56,103 nt of DNA from a virus (lineage: Duplodnaviria; Caudoviricetes), in IMG/VR virus record IMGVR_UViG_3300034061_003450, positions 1 to 56,103 of that record; one strand, given 5' to 3'. The notes under the pieces are model-generated. The model was not told the origin of the DNA and ran no database searches. It worked only from the letters and a program-made list of their open reading frames with translations. Position numbers and translations under genes: made by a program. Shown piece after piece: positions 44,756-53,589 of the stretch. The number at the start of each line of letters is the position of its first letter. Within the stretch, counting starts at the first letter, position 1.

Positions 44756-45381
44756 GCCTGCACCTCCCCACCGACCCGCTTGAACGACACGACCCATACC
44801 CACGGGTTGGCGTGCCATGAGCCGGCGCCGTTGATTGATTCCCAGAGAATCCTGAATCCATCGACACAGCCGGCGCAGTCGGGATCGTCAGTAGGCTCCC
44901 AGTGCGGTCCGTCATAGAATCCGTTTTCGGCTCCTTCCGATTGCGCGTCCGCTTCGCTGATCTCCTGCAACCGCTCCACCCGCACGTCGGTGACCTCCAG
45001 CAGGATGCGCGAGGCAGCACGGGGCATGTGGATCGATGGGCGCCATCCGGGGCCGAAGTCGTGATCGGGCCAGTCGGCGCGGTACTGGAAGCCGGTTTCA
45101 TGCTGGCCACCACACCACGTCTCCCGCACCCAGAGCCGGTCCCCTGGCACGCCGTAGGGGCAGCGGGTGATCGTCCCCCCCTCCTCCCTGCCACAGGCCA
45201 CGCCAGCTTCCCGGTAGAAAGCCACCCACGTCCCCCTGGGAGCTTCGGCGCCTTGGGCGGGGCGAATCTCGGTGGCAAAAGGGGTCACCTTCGCCACCCG
45301 CCTTGTCTGCGTCTTGGCGCCGGCCAGGATGGCGCGGACCATCGGGCCGGAAAACAAGATTGGGCGTTCTTTGGTGCTCAT
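44752..45381 (-). CDS. ASCH/PUA-like phage protein
   Basis: ERPILFSGPMVRAILAGAKTQTRR, GDRLWVRETW, WRPSIHMPR, NPWVWVVSF. Confidence 0.85.
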   Translation of the reverse strand: MSTKERPILFSGPMVRAILAGAKTQTRRVAKVTPFATEIRPAQGAEAPRGTWVAFYREAGVACGREEGGTITRCPYGVPGDRLWVRETWCGGQHETGFQYRADWPDHDFGPGWRPSIHMPRAASRILLEVTDVRVERLQEISEADAQSEGAENGFYDGPHWEPTDDPDCAGCVDGFRILWESINGAGSWHANPWVWVVSFKRVGGEVQA

Positions 45382-45548
45382 GGCGCCTCCTGTTTGCGTT
45401 GCAGAAACTTCACCAGTTCCGCCACTTGGGACGGCTCCAAGTGGACCACCGGCTCGGCGCGGTGGTCGTTGACCCTCAGCTCAATCGCGCAGCCGTTCCA
45501 TGTGGCGTAGATGCCATAACCCAGATGCTCGGTGTACTCGTGGATCAT
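45378..45548 (-). CDS. hypothetical protein
   Basis: MIHEYTEHLGYGIYA...; coupled at both ends. Confidence 0.55.
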   Translation of the reverse strand: MIHEYTEHLGYGIYATWNGCAIELRVNDHRAEPVVHLEPSQVAELVKFLQRKQEAP

Positions 45549-46096
45549 TTCCACACCTCCGCCACCCGTGCCGCCAGCTCCGCCAACGTGCCGTCATTGA
45601 CGATCACCCTGGCAACCGGCACGCCGCCCAGTCCAGCCTCTGACCGGTGCCCGCTGTTGTCCTCATAGCCCGGGCGGATCACGGACCAGATCTGGCCGCC
45701 CATGGACTGGATCCTCAGCGCTTCATTCGGGAACCGCACATCATCCGCCACCACCGGGCAACGCATGGTGCGGACCTTCGCAGCCCACACCTCAACCCAC
45801 AGCTCCGGATGGATCACGTCGCGGCCCCATTCGGTGCCGAGCGTTCGCAGTAGCTGCCGGGCGGTCTGGCGGCCGGGCAGCAGGTCAAGCGGCTCTTCCT
45901 TGCTCCAGTGCGTCAGGCGGTGCGCCGTGTGCCATGGATAACCCGCTGAGTTCAGCAGCTCGGTCACCATCCGCCGCAGCGGATCAGCAAACCCGACGCG
46001 CATGTAGGCGGGCTGGTGATCGCCCAGATACTGCGCAACTGTTGACTTGCCGCAGCCGGGGGCGGGGCTCCAGAGGCCGATGATTGGAATGGTCAT
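45545..46096 (-). CDS. deoxynucleoside monophosphate kinase
   Basis: APGCGKST, FADPLR, RQLLRTLGTEWGR, DDVRFPNEA, HRSE. Confidence 0.9.
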   Translation of the reverse strand: MTIPIIGLWSPAPGCGKSTVAQYLGDHQPAYMRVGFADPLRRMVTELLNSAGYPWHTAHRLTHWSKEEPLDLLPGRQTARQLLRTLGTEWGRDVIHPELWVEVWAAKVRTMRCPVVADDVRFPNEALRIQSMGGQIWSVIRPGYEDNSGHRSEAGLGGVPVARVIVNDGTLAELAARVAEVWK

Positions 46097-46133
46097 GAGG
46101 GGTAGTTGCGGTTGGGATTGGTAGGGATGGTGA

Positions 46134-47564
46134 TCAAGCGACAGGAGGTTGACGGCGGCCCTTCGGCCGGCGTTGTTGGTCGGGCAGTACCTGCCCCTTA
46201 ATCCGGGCGTAGCGGGCATTCAGTGCCGCCCACACTTCGCGGTCCTTGAACTCAAAGTGGACCGTGCCTTTCTTGTATGGCCGGAACAGGAAGAAGCCCC
46301 AGTCGTGCCAGCAGCCGGGCTCATAGCTGTTGGCGCTGATGCCCTCAGGTGTGCGCACTTCCTCAATGGCGCGGCCGGTGATATAACACAAAGCCTTGAT
46401 CAGATCCTGGATGTCATCCCACTGGCTGCCGTAGGTCTCGATCCGTACCCTTCCGGAGCCATTCCATGCCACCTGCGCAAGTTGGGAACAGATGAAACGC
46501 TTATTCAGCATGTAACCCAAGTTTGTCACCCATCCTTCTACGCCATACCGGTTCTCCTTAGTATACTTAGTCAGCTCATCAATCGCTTCCTCCACTGCTC
46601 GATCGATCCGCTGGTCCTGCGTGCCGGCGACGATCTGCAGCATCCGGTAGATGTTCCGCTCCGTGAACGGGATGCGGCTCTGCTGCTCGACGAACCTGTT
46701 GATGTCTTTTGCGAGCTGGCTGGTGGCCATCTGCTGTGGCAGGAACTCATCAAAGACGTGCTTCCATGCCTGCTTCTGGAGGTCCTTGCGGAACCGGTTA
46801 CGGGCGACTGGCTGACCTTCGATCGTGACCTGCAGGCCCAGGTCCTTACCGAAGAAGCCATCAAGCACGGACTGCAGCCGCACGCCAGCCGCCACCTGTT
46901 CATCAAAGATTCGGCACGCTTCCACGTACCTGTTCACGATGTCGCGGCTGCGGCGGTAGGGGATGATCCCTTCGCCCTGGGCTTCGATGTCGTCAGGCCC
47001 GAGGAAGAAGCCGTCGAACTCATCGGCGCCGGGCTTGGCGCCAGGTTTCGTTAGGCGGATCAGGCCGACGCGCACCCTGGTGGAGCGCTCGGAGTCGGCG
47101 AAGCACTCGCCCAGATCTGCCTTGCTGCCGTAGGCCTCCATCAGCTTCGCAAGCTGCAGTTGCAGGCCCCGGTAGTGACCGCTGATGGTGTTCCAGTTGC
47201 AGAGCGCCACGATCTCGCAACCGGGTGGCGCAACCGCCCAAGCGTGGAGGATGTGGGCCTCGTCCGCCGAGAACGGCGGGTTCATCACGATCGCGTCGAC
47301 GTGGCTGATCTGATCAGCGGTGACCATGAGCCAGTCGTTGCTGAGCAGCCGGCTGGCGGGGATGCCGGCGAGAATCGTCCGGAGCTCAGGCTCAGGTTCT
47401 GCGGTCAGCACCTCGGCGGCGCCACGGGCCAGGCACTCGCGCACCAGGTTGCCGCTGCCGGCGGATGGTTCGATGACGACCCGGCCGCGCAGGTCAAGTT
47501 GATCGAGCATCGTGGCGGCCACCTCGGGAGGGGTGGGGTAAAAGTCGGGACCGAACAGGCTCAC
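46134..47564 (-). CDS. N6-adenine DNA methyltransferase with DUF4942-like domain
   Basis: DFYPTP, EPSAGSG, MNPPF; C-terminal WGFF..RPYKKGTVHFEF. Confidence 0.85.
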   Translation of the reverse strand: MSLFGPDFYPTPPEVAATMLDQLDLRGRVVIEPSAGSGNLVRECLARGAAEVLTAEPEPELRTILAGIPASRLLSNDWLMVTADQISHVDAIVMNPPFSADEAHILHAWAVAPPGCEIVALCNWNTISGHYRGLQLQLAKLMEAYGSKADLGECFADSERSTRVRVGLIRLTKPGAKPGADEFDGFFLGPDDIEAQGEGIIPYRRSRDIVNRYVEACRIFDEQVAAGVRLQSVLDGFFGKDLGLQVTIEGQPVARNRFRKDLQKQAWKHVFDEFLPQQMATSQLAKDINRFVEQQSRIPFTERNIYRMLQIVAGTQDQRIDRAVEEAIDELTKYTKENRYGVEGWVTNLGYMLNKRFICSQLAQVAWNGSGRVRIETYGSQWDDIQDLIKALCYITGRAIEEVRTPEGISANSYEPGCWHDWGFFLFRPYKKGTVHFEFKDREVWAALNARYARIKGQVLPDQQRRPKGRRQPPVA

Positions 47565-47869
47565 GCCACCCTCCTTTTCGGCGCCGCCGATCGCCGCAGC
47601 CGGTCGATGCAGGCCGGCAGGTCATCGCCGCTGACGCCTTCCCGGTGCATGCTCTCCAGCCCAGCAGCAAGCACCAGGCAGGGCTCCGGTGAGCCTCCTT
47701 CGCCGATGGCACGCATGCACTCACGGTGCATCGCATGGCAGGCGTTATGACACGCGGTCTCAATCAGGTCTTGATCAGGCATGGCTGCAAACGGTGGGTT
47801 CACCAGCAGCAGGCCCGTGCCGGCCGCTGGTTCGTACGTTGTGGGTGGGTACCAGGTGAATCGCGTCAC
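47561..47869 (-). CDS. hypothetical protein
   Basis: Coupled ORF; start uncertain (47869 or 47782). Confidence 0.5.
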   Translation of the reverse strand: MTRFTWYPPTTYEPAAGTGLLLVNPPFAAMPDQDLIETACHNACHAMHRECMRAIGEGGSPEPCLVLAAGLESMHREGVSGDDLPACIDRLRRSAAPKRRVA

Positions 47870-48711
47870 GCCGCCACCTCCAGTAGTAACCGCAACCGGT
47901 TCAACGCACGCTTTTCCCGCTGCCGCACCCGCTCACGGCTCACGCCCAACCGCTTGCCGATCGATGCCAATGTCACCAGTTCATGGCTGCCGTATCGCAG
48001 GCCGATGATCTGCTGATCGATCGGCTGCAGATGCTGCATCGCCTGTTCCAGTTGTTCTCGCGCCGTTGTATTCAGCAGCTCGTCATCCGGCGACTGGTCA
48101 ACATCAGCCACCGCATCAACCAAGGCATTGCCGTCCTCGATCACCACCTCGTCAAGGCTGACCAGGCTCCAAACCCTGAGGGCAATATCAAGCTCGGCCA
48201 TCGATACGCCCGTGGCTCGTGCGGCCTCCGTCAGTGATGCCGTCGGGTGTTGTCGCTGGTATTTCTTGATCTTGCCTATCTTTTCGATCTGATGCACCGG
48301 CAGCCGGACGATCTTATCTTGATCTGACACGCCCCGTGTGATCGAGTGCCAGATCCACCAGTAAGCATAGGTGCTGAACTTGTAGCCGCGTTCCGGCTCA
48401 AATTTCTCCGCTGCCTTGGCTAGGCCAATATTGCCCAGGCTGATCACATCCATCAGCTCCAGCGTCTGGCACATCCGGTAGTATTTTCGGGCGATGGTCA
48501 CCACCAGTCGTAGGTTGGATTCCATCATCCGTTTGATCGCTCGCTGGCCGTTGCGCACCAGTCGTCGCTCAGCTTGTGTGGCGGGCTCGCGACCCTCAGC
48601 CTGGAACGCACGCATCTCCTGGATCTGTCGGCCTAACTGGATCTCCTGCTCAGTGGTCAGCAGCGGGATGCGGCCGATCTCGTTGAAGTAGGCGGTGGTT
48701 GAGTCGTGCAT
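47866..48711 (-). CDS. RpoD/group 2-like sigma-70 factor
   Basis: EIGRIPLLT..QEI, SNLRLVV, EKFEPERGYKFSTYAYWWI, IVRLPVH, LGVSRERVRQ. Confidence 0.93.
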   Translation of the reverse strand: MHDSTTAYFNEIGRIPLLTTEQEIQLGRQIQEMRAFQAEGREPATQAERRLVRNGQRAIKRMMESNLRLVVTIARKYYRMCQTLELMDVISLGNIGLAKAAEKFEPERGYKFSTYAYWWIWHSITRGVSDQDKIVRLPVHQIEKIGKIKKYQRQHPTASLTEAARATGVSMAELDIALRVWSLVSLDEVVIEDGNALVDAVADVDQSPDDELLNTTAREQLEQAMQHLQPIDQQIIGLRYGSHELVTLASIGKRLGVSRERVRQREKRALNRLRLLLEVAA

Positions 48712-49145
48712 CAGAACACCACGGTCGGGGTGATGGCTGGCGTCGCCGCTGCTGCTGGGGCTGCAGGCGCTGCGGTAGGGGCAGTGTTCCCGGTCACCAC
48801 TGGGGCCCATTCCTCCACGCGGATCAGCAAATCCGTGCGTTCCATGCCACTGCGATCGGTCCACCTGTCGGTGCTGACTCGGCCGGTGACCTTCACGAGA
48901 TCACCCTTCCGCAGTTCGTTCGCTGCGCCCTCAGCATCCTCGCCCCACAGCTCAGCCTTGAACCAGTCGGGCGGCAGTGCGTTTGGGTCGTTCTTCTTTT
49001 GCCCCGGCCGGTTCACCGCCAAGCTGAGCTTGGTCTTGCAGGTGCCGGAGTTGAAATACTGAATCTCGGGATCACTGCCGAGGCGGCCGATCACGGTTTG
49101 CTGCGTCGATCGAAGGACCGCCGCCATGAGCTCAAGGATGTCCAT
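48711..49145 (-). CDS. ssb: single-stranded DNA-binding protein
   Basis: IGRLGSDPEIQY, LAVNR, DWFKAELWG, KGDLVKVTGR. Confidence 0.9.
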   Translation of the reverse strand: MDILELMAAVLRSTQQTVIGRLGSDPEIQYFNSGTCKTKLSLAVNRPGQKKNDPNALPPDWFKAELWGEDAEGAANELRKGDLVKVTGRVSTDRWTDRSGMERTDLLIRVEEWAPVVTGNTAPTAAPAAPAAAATPAITPTVVF

Positions 49146-49315
49146 CAGGTTGTGGGGGGCGTGATTGTGGACTGCGCCAGCTCCCGCCTGATCAAATCCC
49201 GCGCCCACACGGTCACGGGCACGTCGAGCTCACGGCAGCGGGTCTGGATCTCGCGGTAGAGGTCCTCACGCATCGTGAGCTGGATCAGGAATCGCCCGTC
49301 GGAGCGGCGGGTCAT
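49145..49315 (-). CDS. small ribbon-helix-helix-like DNA-binding protein
   Basis: FLIQLTM..DLY......C...DVPVTVWARDLIRREL. Confidence 0.6.
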   Translation of the reverse strand: MTRRSDGRFLIQLTMREDLYREIQTRCRELDVPVTVWARDLIRRELAQSTITPPTT

Positions 49316-49359
49316 GGGTGGGAGTGGCGCATGATTCGATAATACCACGGTTTTGATCC

Positions 49360-49779
49360 CTACCGCAACCGCAGCACCTGCTCTGCCTCCTCAACAGACC
49401 TCGCAACCCCCGCCAGCCCGCCCATCTCCCGCACCATCGCCAGAAACGCCTCCTGCTCTGCCGTCAGCCGGCCCCGGGGGGCCTTCACCTCCACCGCAGC
49501 GAACACCGCCAGCCGCTGGCCCACCATCTCGGGCGTCACGGTCACGCTGCGCAGGCCGATCAGGTCGCTGCTGCCGACCGCCAGCCCCGCCCGCAACGGT
49601 CTCCCGTTCCGCACCACCACATCACCCGGCCGCAACCCGGCACGCATCGCCCCCAGGTTCCCAGTCGTCACCTTCGTCGACGGGCCCGCCCATCCAATGC
49701 CCACATTGTTCCGGAACAGTCGCACCGCGCCCCGGGCCAGCCGCAACAGGATCGTCTGCTGCAGTACCTGTTCGCTCAC
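49360..49779 (-). CDS. VRR-NUC domain nuclease
   Basis: SEQVLQQ, LFRNNVG, GSSDLIG, AVEVK, EQEAFL, GVARSVEEA. Confidence 0.9.
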   Translation of the reverse strand: MSEQVLQQTILLRLARGAVRLFRNNVGIGWAGPSTKVTTGNLGAMRAGLRPGDVVVRNGRPLRAGLAVGSSDLIGLRSVTVTPEMVGQRLAVFAAVEVKAPRGRLTAEQEAFLAMVREMGGLAGVARSVEEAEQVLRLR

Positions 49780-50387
49780 GCCACCTCCTCCCAGTGGAAC
49801 CCCGCGCAGGTCCCGCCTTTCCGCAACGCAAACTGAATCGCTGGCTTGGTGACCCACATCGCCCGCGCTGCCGCCCGCACGCTCGGGAACACTTTCCCCG
49901 CCTCCACCGCACGCACCCTTCGCGCTGCTGCCGGTCGCCGCCGGTGCGTCGCCGCAATCTCCGCCGCCAACCGGTCATCCTCGATCGCCATCACCAGCCG
50001 CTGCTCCGGGATCCCGCCCAGCAACTCCGGGTGAGCCTTGGCGAACGCCACCAGGTCGCGTCGCGCCACATAGAACCGTGTCGCAGCCTTCAGCGACCGG
50101 CGTCGCCATGCCGGCAGCAGTCCGCGTTCGATCCAGCCCAGCGGCGTGTCTCCAGCGATCCCCAGCAGCCCCGCAATCCCCCCAACCGTCAGCCACTCGC
50201 CCGTCGCTGCCAGTGACAACCCATGCCGGTAGGCCGCTTGTTCGATCGCCATCGCACTACGGGCCGGAAATCCCTCACGGTTCGCCCACCGTCGATACAC
50301 CGTGATCGCCCTTTTGGCCGGCAGCTCACCCGCCAGCCGCTCAAGCTGGTCGACCTCGGCGGGGGTCCATGGGGGGCCTTTGCTCAC
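49776..50387 (-). CDS. multi-HTH DNA-binding protein (NUMOD1-like C-terminus)
   Basis: WTPAE, WLTVGGIAGLLG, GKVFPSVRAAARA. Confidence 0.65.
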   Translation of the reverse strand: MSKGPPWTPAEVDQLERLAGELPAKRAITVYRRWANREGFPARSAMAIEQAAYRHGLSLAATGEWLTVGGIAGLLGIAGDTPLGWIERGLLPAWRRRSLKAATRFYVARRDLVAFAKAHPELLGGIPEQRLVMAIEDDRLAAEIAATHRRRPAAARRVRAVEAGKVFPSVRAAARAMWVTKPAIQFALRKGGTCAGFHWEEVA

Positions 50388-51229
50388 CTGAGCGCCTCCA
50401 TGTATTCCCTATCTTTTTGATCAACCCATGGCCTGTACATCTTTACGAAGAGCGGAATATCTACACCCATCGCTCTTGCTACAACTGTCGCAGGGGCTCC
50501 GACGTTGACGGCTCGGACTGCCCAGCTATGGCGAAGATCGCCGGGCGCAAACGGGCATCCGTACCTGCGAAACTGCTCGGCTGATCGGCGCCCGATTTGC
50601 TGGAGAGTGGTTTTTCTGAGGTCGGTACAGATCTGCGGAAGTGGTTCTTTTTCGCGTGCCAGCTTATCAACGCCAAGCACATGCAACCAATCGTGCATGT
50701 ATGGCAGAACGAGCCTGGCGGGGTTATTGACGATTTCGGGAACAGTAAGGATTCCCGTCCCGGTGTCTACTAATTGCGACACATCGCAAAAGAACGCCTC
50801 GTAGTTGCGAAGACCATACGCAGCCATCAGCGCGTAGACCAGTCGCCATCTTTTATTTGCAATTAGTTCAATCCCCGAGATGATTTCTTCATCGCTCAAT
50901 GGCTTCCGGTCTTTGACGCCTTTCTTGTCTGAGTACGCTTCTTCAATGAAGCCCCATTGATCCGGAAGGTCTAGCCCGGCAGATCGAGCTAACTGAAAGT
51001 AAACCTGCCGGCAGATTTGGTAGCTACGTGTTCCCGCGTTGTATTGAGCAAGCGCTTTTGAAAGCAGGTCAACACAGATTGGCTCGGATCCTGCGAGGGA
51101 GTCAAGGACCCGAAGATATGGCAGGTATGCGCCTGTCCACGTGCTTTTCTTAAGCATTTTCCCGTTGCTTTCCCCGGAGTCCCAGAAAAAAGCCTTTTCA
51201 AATGCGGCGATCGCTGAGCTGATCTTCAT
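50384..51229 (-). CDS. tyrosine recombinase family protein (cyanobacterial type, possibly degenerate)
   Basis: LMAAYGLRNYE, DLRHSWAVR, ARAMG...Y..W. Confidence 0.8.
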   Translation of the reverse strand: MKISSAIAAFEKAFFWDSGESNGKMLKKSTWTGAYLPYLRVLDSLAGSEPICVDLLSKALAQYNAGTRSYQICRQVYFQLARSAGLDLPDQWGFIEEAYSDKKGVKDRKPLSDEEIISGIELIANKRWRLVYALMAAYGLRNYEAFFCDVSQLVDTGTGILTVPEIVNNPARLVLPYMHDWLHVLGVDKLAREKEPLPQICTDLRKTTLQQIGRRSAEQFRRYGCPFAPGDLRHSWAVRAVNVGAPATVVARAMGVDIPLFVKMYRPWVDQKDREYMEALR

Positions 51230-52632
51230 GCCACTACCCTCTCGCGTTCAAATTGGCCTTTTGCTTGGCGGGCCGACAAAACATGCCGGGCCCAGCCGCG
51301 GGGGTTTTTCATTCCTCTGCGCCGGCCGACTTCAATAAGCTGGTCAAGAGTCTGTGCGCTTCTCTGTTCTTTTTTCCTGGCTTGCGCAACTGTCTGCCGA
51401 TCCACTTCTACCAGCTCGCCGTCAACCATCCGCAGCTCCCGCTTTTCGACGGCAAACTGATGCCCGCACTCACCACACACCGACGCCTGCGACCCCATCG
51501 CCGCAAAGCACTTCGGGCACACCTTGACCGACGGCGCCTTCTCCTTCTCCTTCTTCTTCACCCCCTCCAGCGTCCATTCCTGTTCGTCCAGGTGATGCCC
51601 CAGCCGCTGGATGTTCCCAACGTGATCCAGGATCACCGCCGTTTTTCCGTCCTGTGGCCTGAGGCATCGCCCGATCATCTGCAGGTGCAGGCTCAGGCTC
51701 TGCGTCGGCCGCAACAGGATGCAGCCGGCCACGCTCGGCACGTCAACACCTTCGCCGATCAGGCTGCAGCTCGTCAGCACCTTCAATTCCCCGCGGCCCA
51801 GCGCTACGAGCAGCCCCCGGCGCGTTCCCGCATCCATCGTTCCGTCGATGCTCGCCGCGTTCACCCCCTGCCCGCGGAACGCCTCCGCTACAGCTTCCGC
51901 ATGGGCAACGCTGCAGCAGAACGCGATCGCCGTCTGCCCACTCAGGTGCCGCCGGTAGTGGCTCACCGCATCGCCCATGATGCTCCGCCCCGTCAATTCC
52001 TCCCCCGCTTGCTTCATGTCGAAATCGCCCATCCGCTTCCGCAGCCCCTGCACCGAAAACCCGATCGGTGGTGCGAACACCCGCGCCGACGCCAGGTAGC
52101 CCTCCTCCGTCAGCCAAGCCGAGCTCGGGCCCAGCACCATGTGACGGAAATATCCGCCGTGGCCCTCACCAAGTCCTGAGCCATCGAGTCGCCGAGGGGT
52201 GGCGGTTTTTCCGATAAGGTATGCATTCGGCCACCGATCTACAACCTTTCCCCATTGATTGCCGCTTACAAGGTGATGTGCTTCGTCGATGATGATTAGC
52301 GCCGGCTCTTGCATCTGATCAATGCGCCGGGAAATCGTCTGAATTGATCCAACCTGCAACAGCGGGCGCAGGTTCATGGATCTCTTGGCCATTACCAGGC
52401 CATGGTCAACCCCCCACTGTGCCGCAGTCCCACTCAGTTGATCGATCAGCTCTGCACGGTGCGCAAGCAGCAGGACCCGGTTGTTTCTTTCGGTTGCAGA
52501 TTTCACAATCGCACCAATAACAACGCTTTTGCCAGCACCGGTCGGCATCACGGCGCAGACGCGCCGATACCTGGGGAGTGCGGCCCTGAGTTCGTTGTAA
52601 ACCTCCCTCTGGTACTCCCGCAGTTCAGGCAT
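51226..52632 (-). CDS. SF2 DEAH helicase with C-terminal zinc ribbon
   Basis: PTGAGKS, DEAHH, TATP, EGVDVP, QMIGR, CPKC..CGEC. Confidence 0.93.
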   Translation of the reverse strand: MPELREYQREVYNELRAALPRYRRVCAVMPTGAGKSVVIGAIVKSATERNNRVLLLAHRAELIDQLSGTAAQWGVDHGLVMAKRSMNLRPLLQVGSIQTISRRIDQMQEPALIIIDEAHHLVSGNQWGKVVDRWPNAYLIGKTATPRRLDGSGLGEGHGGYFRHMVLGPSSAWLTEEGYLASARVFAPPIGFSVQGLRKRMGDFDMKQAGEELTGRSIMGDAVSHYRRHLSGQTAIAFCCSVAHAEAVAEAFRGQGVNAASIDGTMDAGTRRGLLVALGRGELKVLTSCSLIGEGVDVPSVAGCILLRPTQSLSLHLQMIGRCLRPQDGKTAVILDHVGNIQRLGHHLDEQEWTLEGVKKKEKEKAPSVKVCPKCFAAMGSQASVCGECGHQFAVEKRELRMVDGELVEVDRQTVAQARKKEQRSAQTLDQLIEVGRRRGMKNPRGWARHVLSARQAKGQFERERVVA

Positions 52633-53308
52633 TAACCCTTCCCCGCTGAGGCTGAGAGGCAATTCGCTCCATTGGCCAGCCTCGGTCAATTCGGTGCTGC
52701 ATTGCCGAGTAAGAAAGCCCTAGGCGATCTGCCCACTCAGACATTGTGAGCCGAACACCGCGCCACTCAATGAATCGATTGCGGCGAGTGTTGTTAGCTT
52801 GTGTCCTTGGGTTCACCCATCGACAGTTTGCCGGTGAGTAGTCAGCGTGAACGTTGATACGATCAATCTGAAGGCTGCTGTCACAGCCGTTATCAAGAGC
52901 CCATCGGTAGAAAGCCCTACGACCACTGAGGCCCAGCCATTCGTCGCAAACAGCAATGCCCCTGCCGCCGTAGCAATCCCATCGTGGGTTTGATGGCTCG
53001 TAGCACCTGGAAAGCATATTTCGATAGGTGTTCTTGAGCTTGGGGTACAAGTGGCTGGGGATCCAGCGAAGCTCCCGGTTCTGAACTTTGATCCGCAGAG
53101 CGTTACGGCAGCTTTCAACCTGCAGACATCCGCAACTATTAGTTCCGCCGCTTCTCAGGTGGCCAGCCCGAACAACCCGAGCCTTCCCGCAGTCACACAT
53201 GCAGACCCAGCGCCGGCCGTTCTGGCTTGTCGCAGAGCCGACAACCACCAAGCGGCCGAACCGCTGGCCCATGAGGTCGTGTTCGCGCCGTTCCACTGCT
53301 GTCGCCAT
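52625..53308 (-). CDS. HNH-like (homing) endonuclease
   Basis: GQRFGRL, CMCDCG, SCGC, YGGRGI.VC.EW, IDRIN....YSPANCRWV. Confidence 0.8.
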   Translation of the reverse strand: MATAVERREHDLMGQRFGRLVVVGSATSQNGRRWVCMCDCGKARVVRAGHLRSGGTNSCGCLQVESCRNALRIKVQNRELRWIPSHLYPKLKNTYRNMLSRCYEPSNPRWDCYGGRGIAVCDEWLGLSGRRAFYRWALDNGCDSSLQIDRINVHADYSPANCRWVNPRTQANNTRRNRFIEWRGVRLTMSEWADRLGLSYSAMQHRIDRGWPMERIASQPQRGRVNA

Positions 53309-53371
53309 GCAAGCCAGTAGCGCTTCACTCCAGACAGGCTAGCCTGGTAGGGATCGGTACCGCAACCGCCC

Positions 53372-53542
53372 ATGACGCAACCGCAGATGAAATCCCGCCG
53401 GCAGCGCCAGTTCATCACCCTCGATCTGCCACAGGAGCAGGTTGCGTGGCTGGACGCCCAAGCCGCGGACATCATGTCCCGCTCCGCCTTTGCTCGCCTC
53501 CTCATCTCTCGCGCCATGGAAGCGCAGGCCAAAGAGGGCTGA
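53372..53542 (+). CDS. CopG/RHH-like small regulator
   Basis: FITLDLPQEQVAWLD...MSRSAFARLLI; upstream of the primase. Confidence 0.65.
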   Translation: MTQPQMKSRRQRQFITLDLPQEQVAWLDAQAADIMSRSAFARLLISRAMEAQAKEG

Positions 53543-53589
53543 TCCGTGGATGCCGACTCCCGCCCGGCCAGCCCCCGGAGCGCATAGGG

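Noticed and set aside
47783-47869. NPPF motif suggesting a second methyltransferase
   Set aside because: Only an isolated tetrapeptide in a short ORF with no SAM-binding motif; at most a relic
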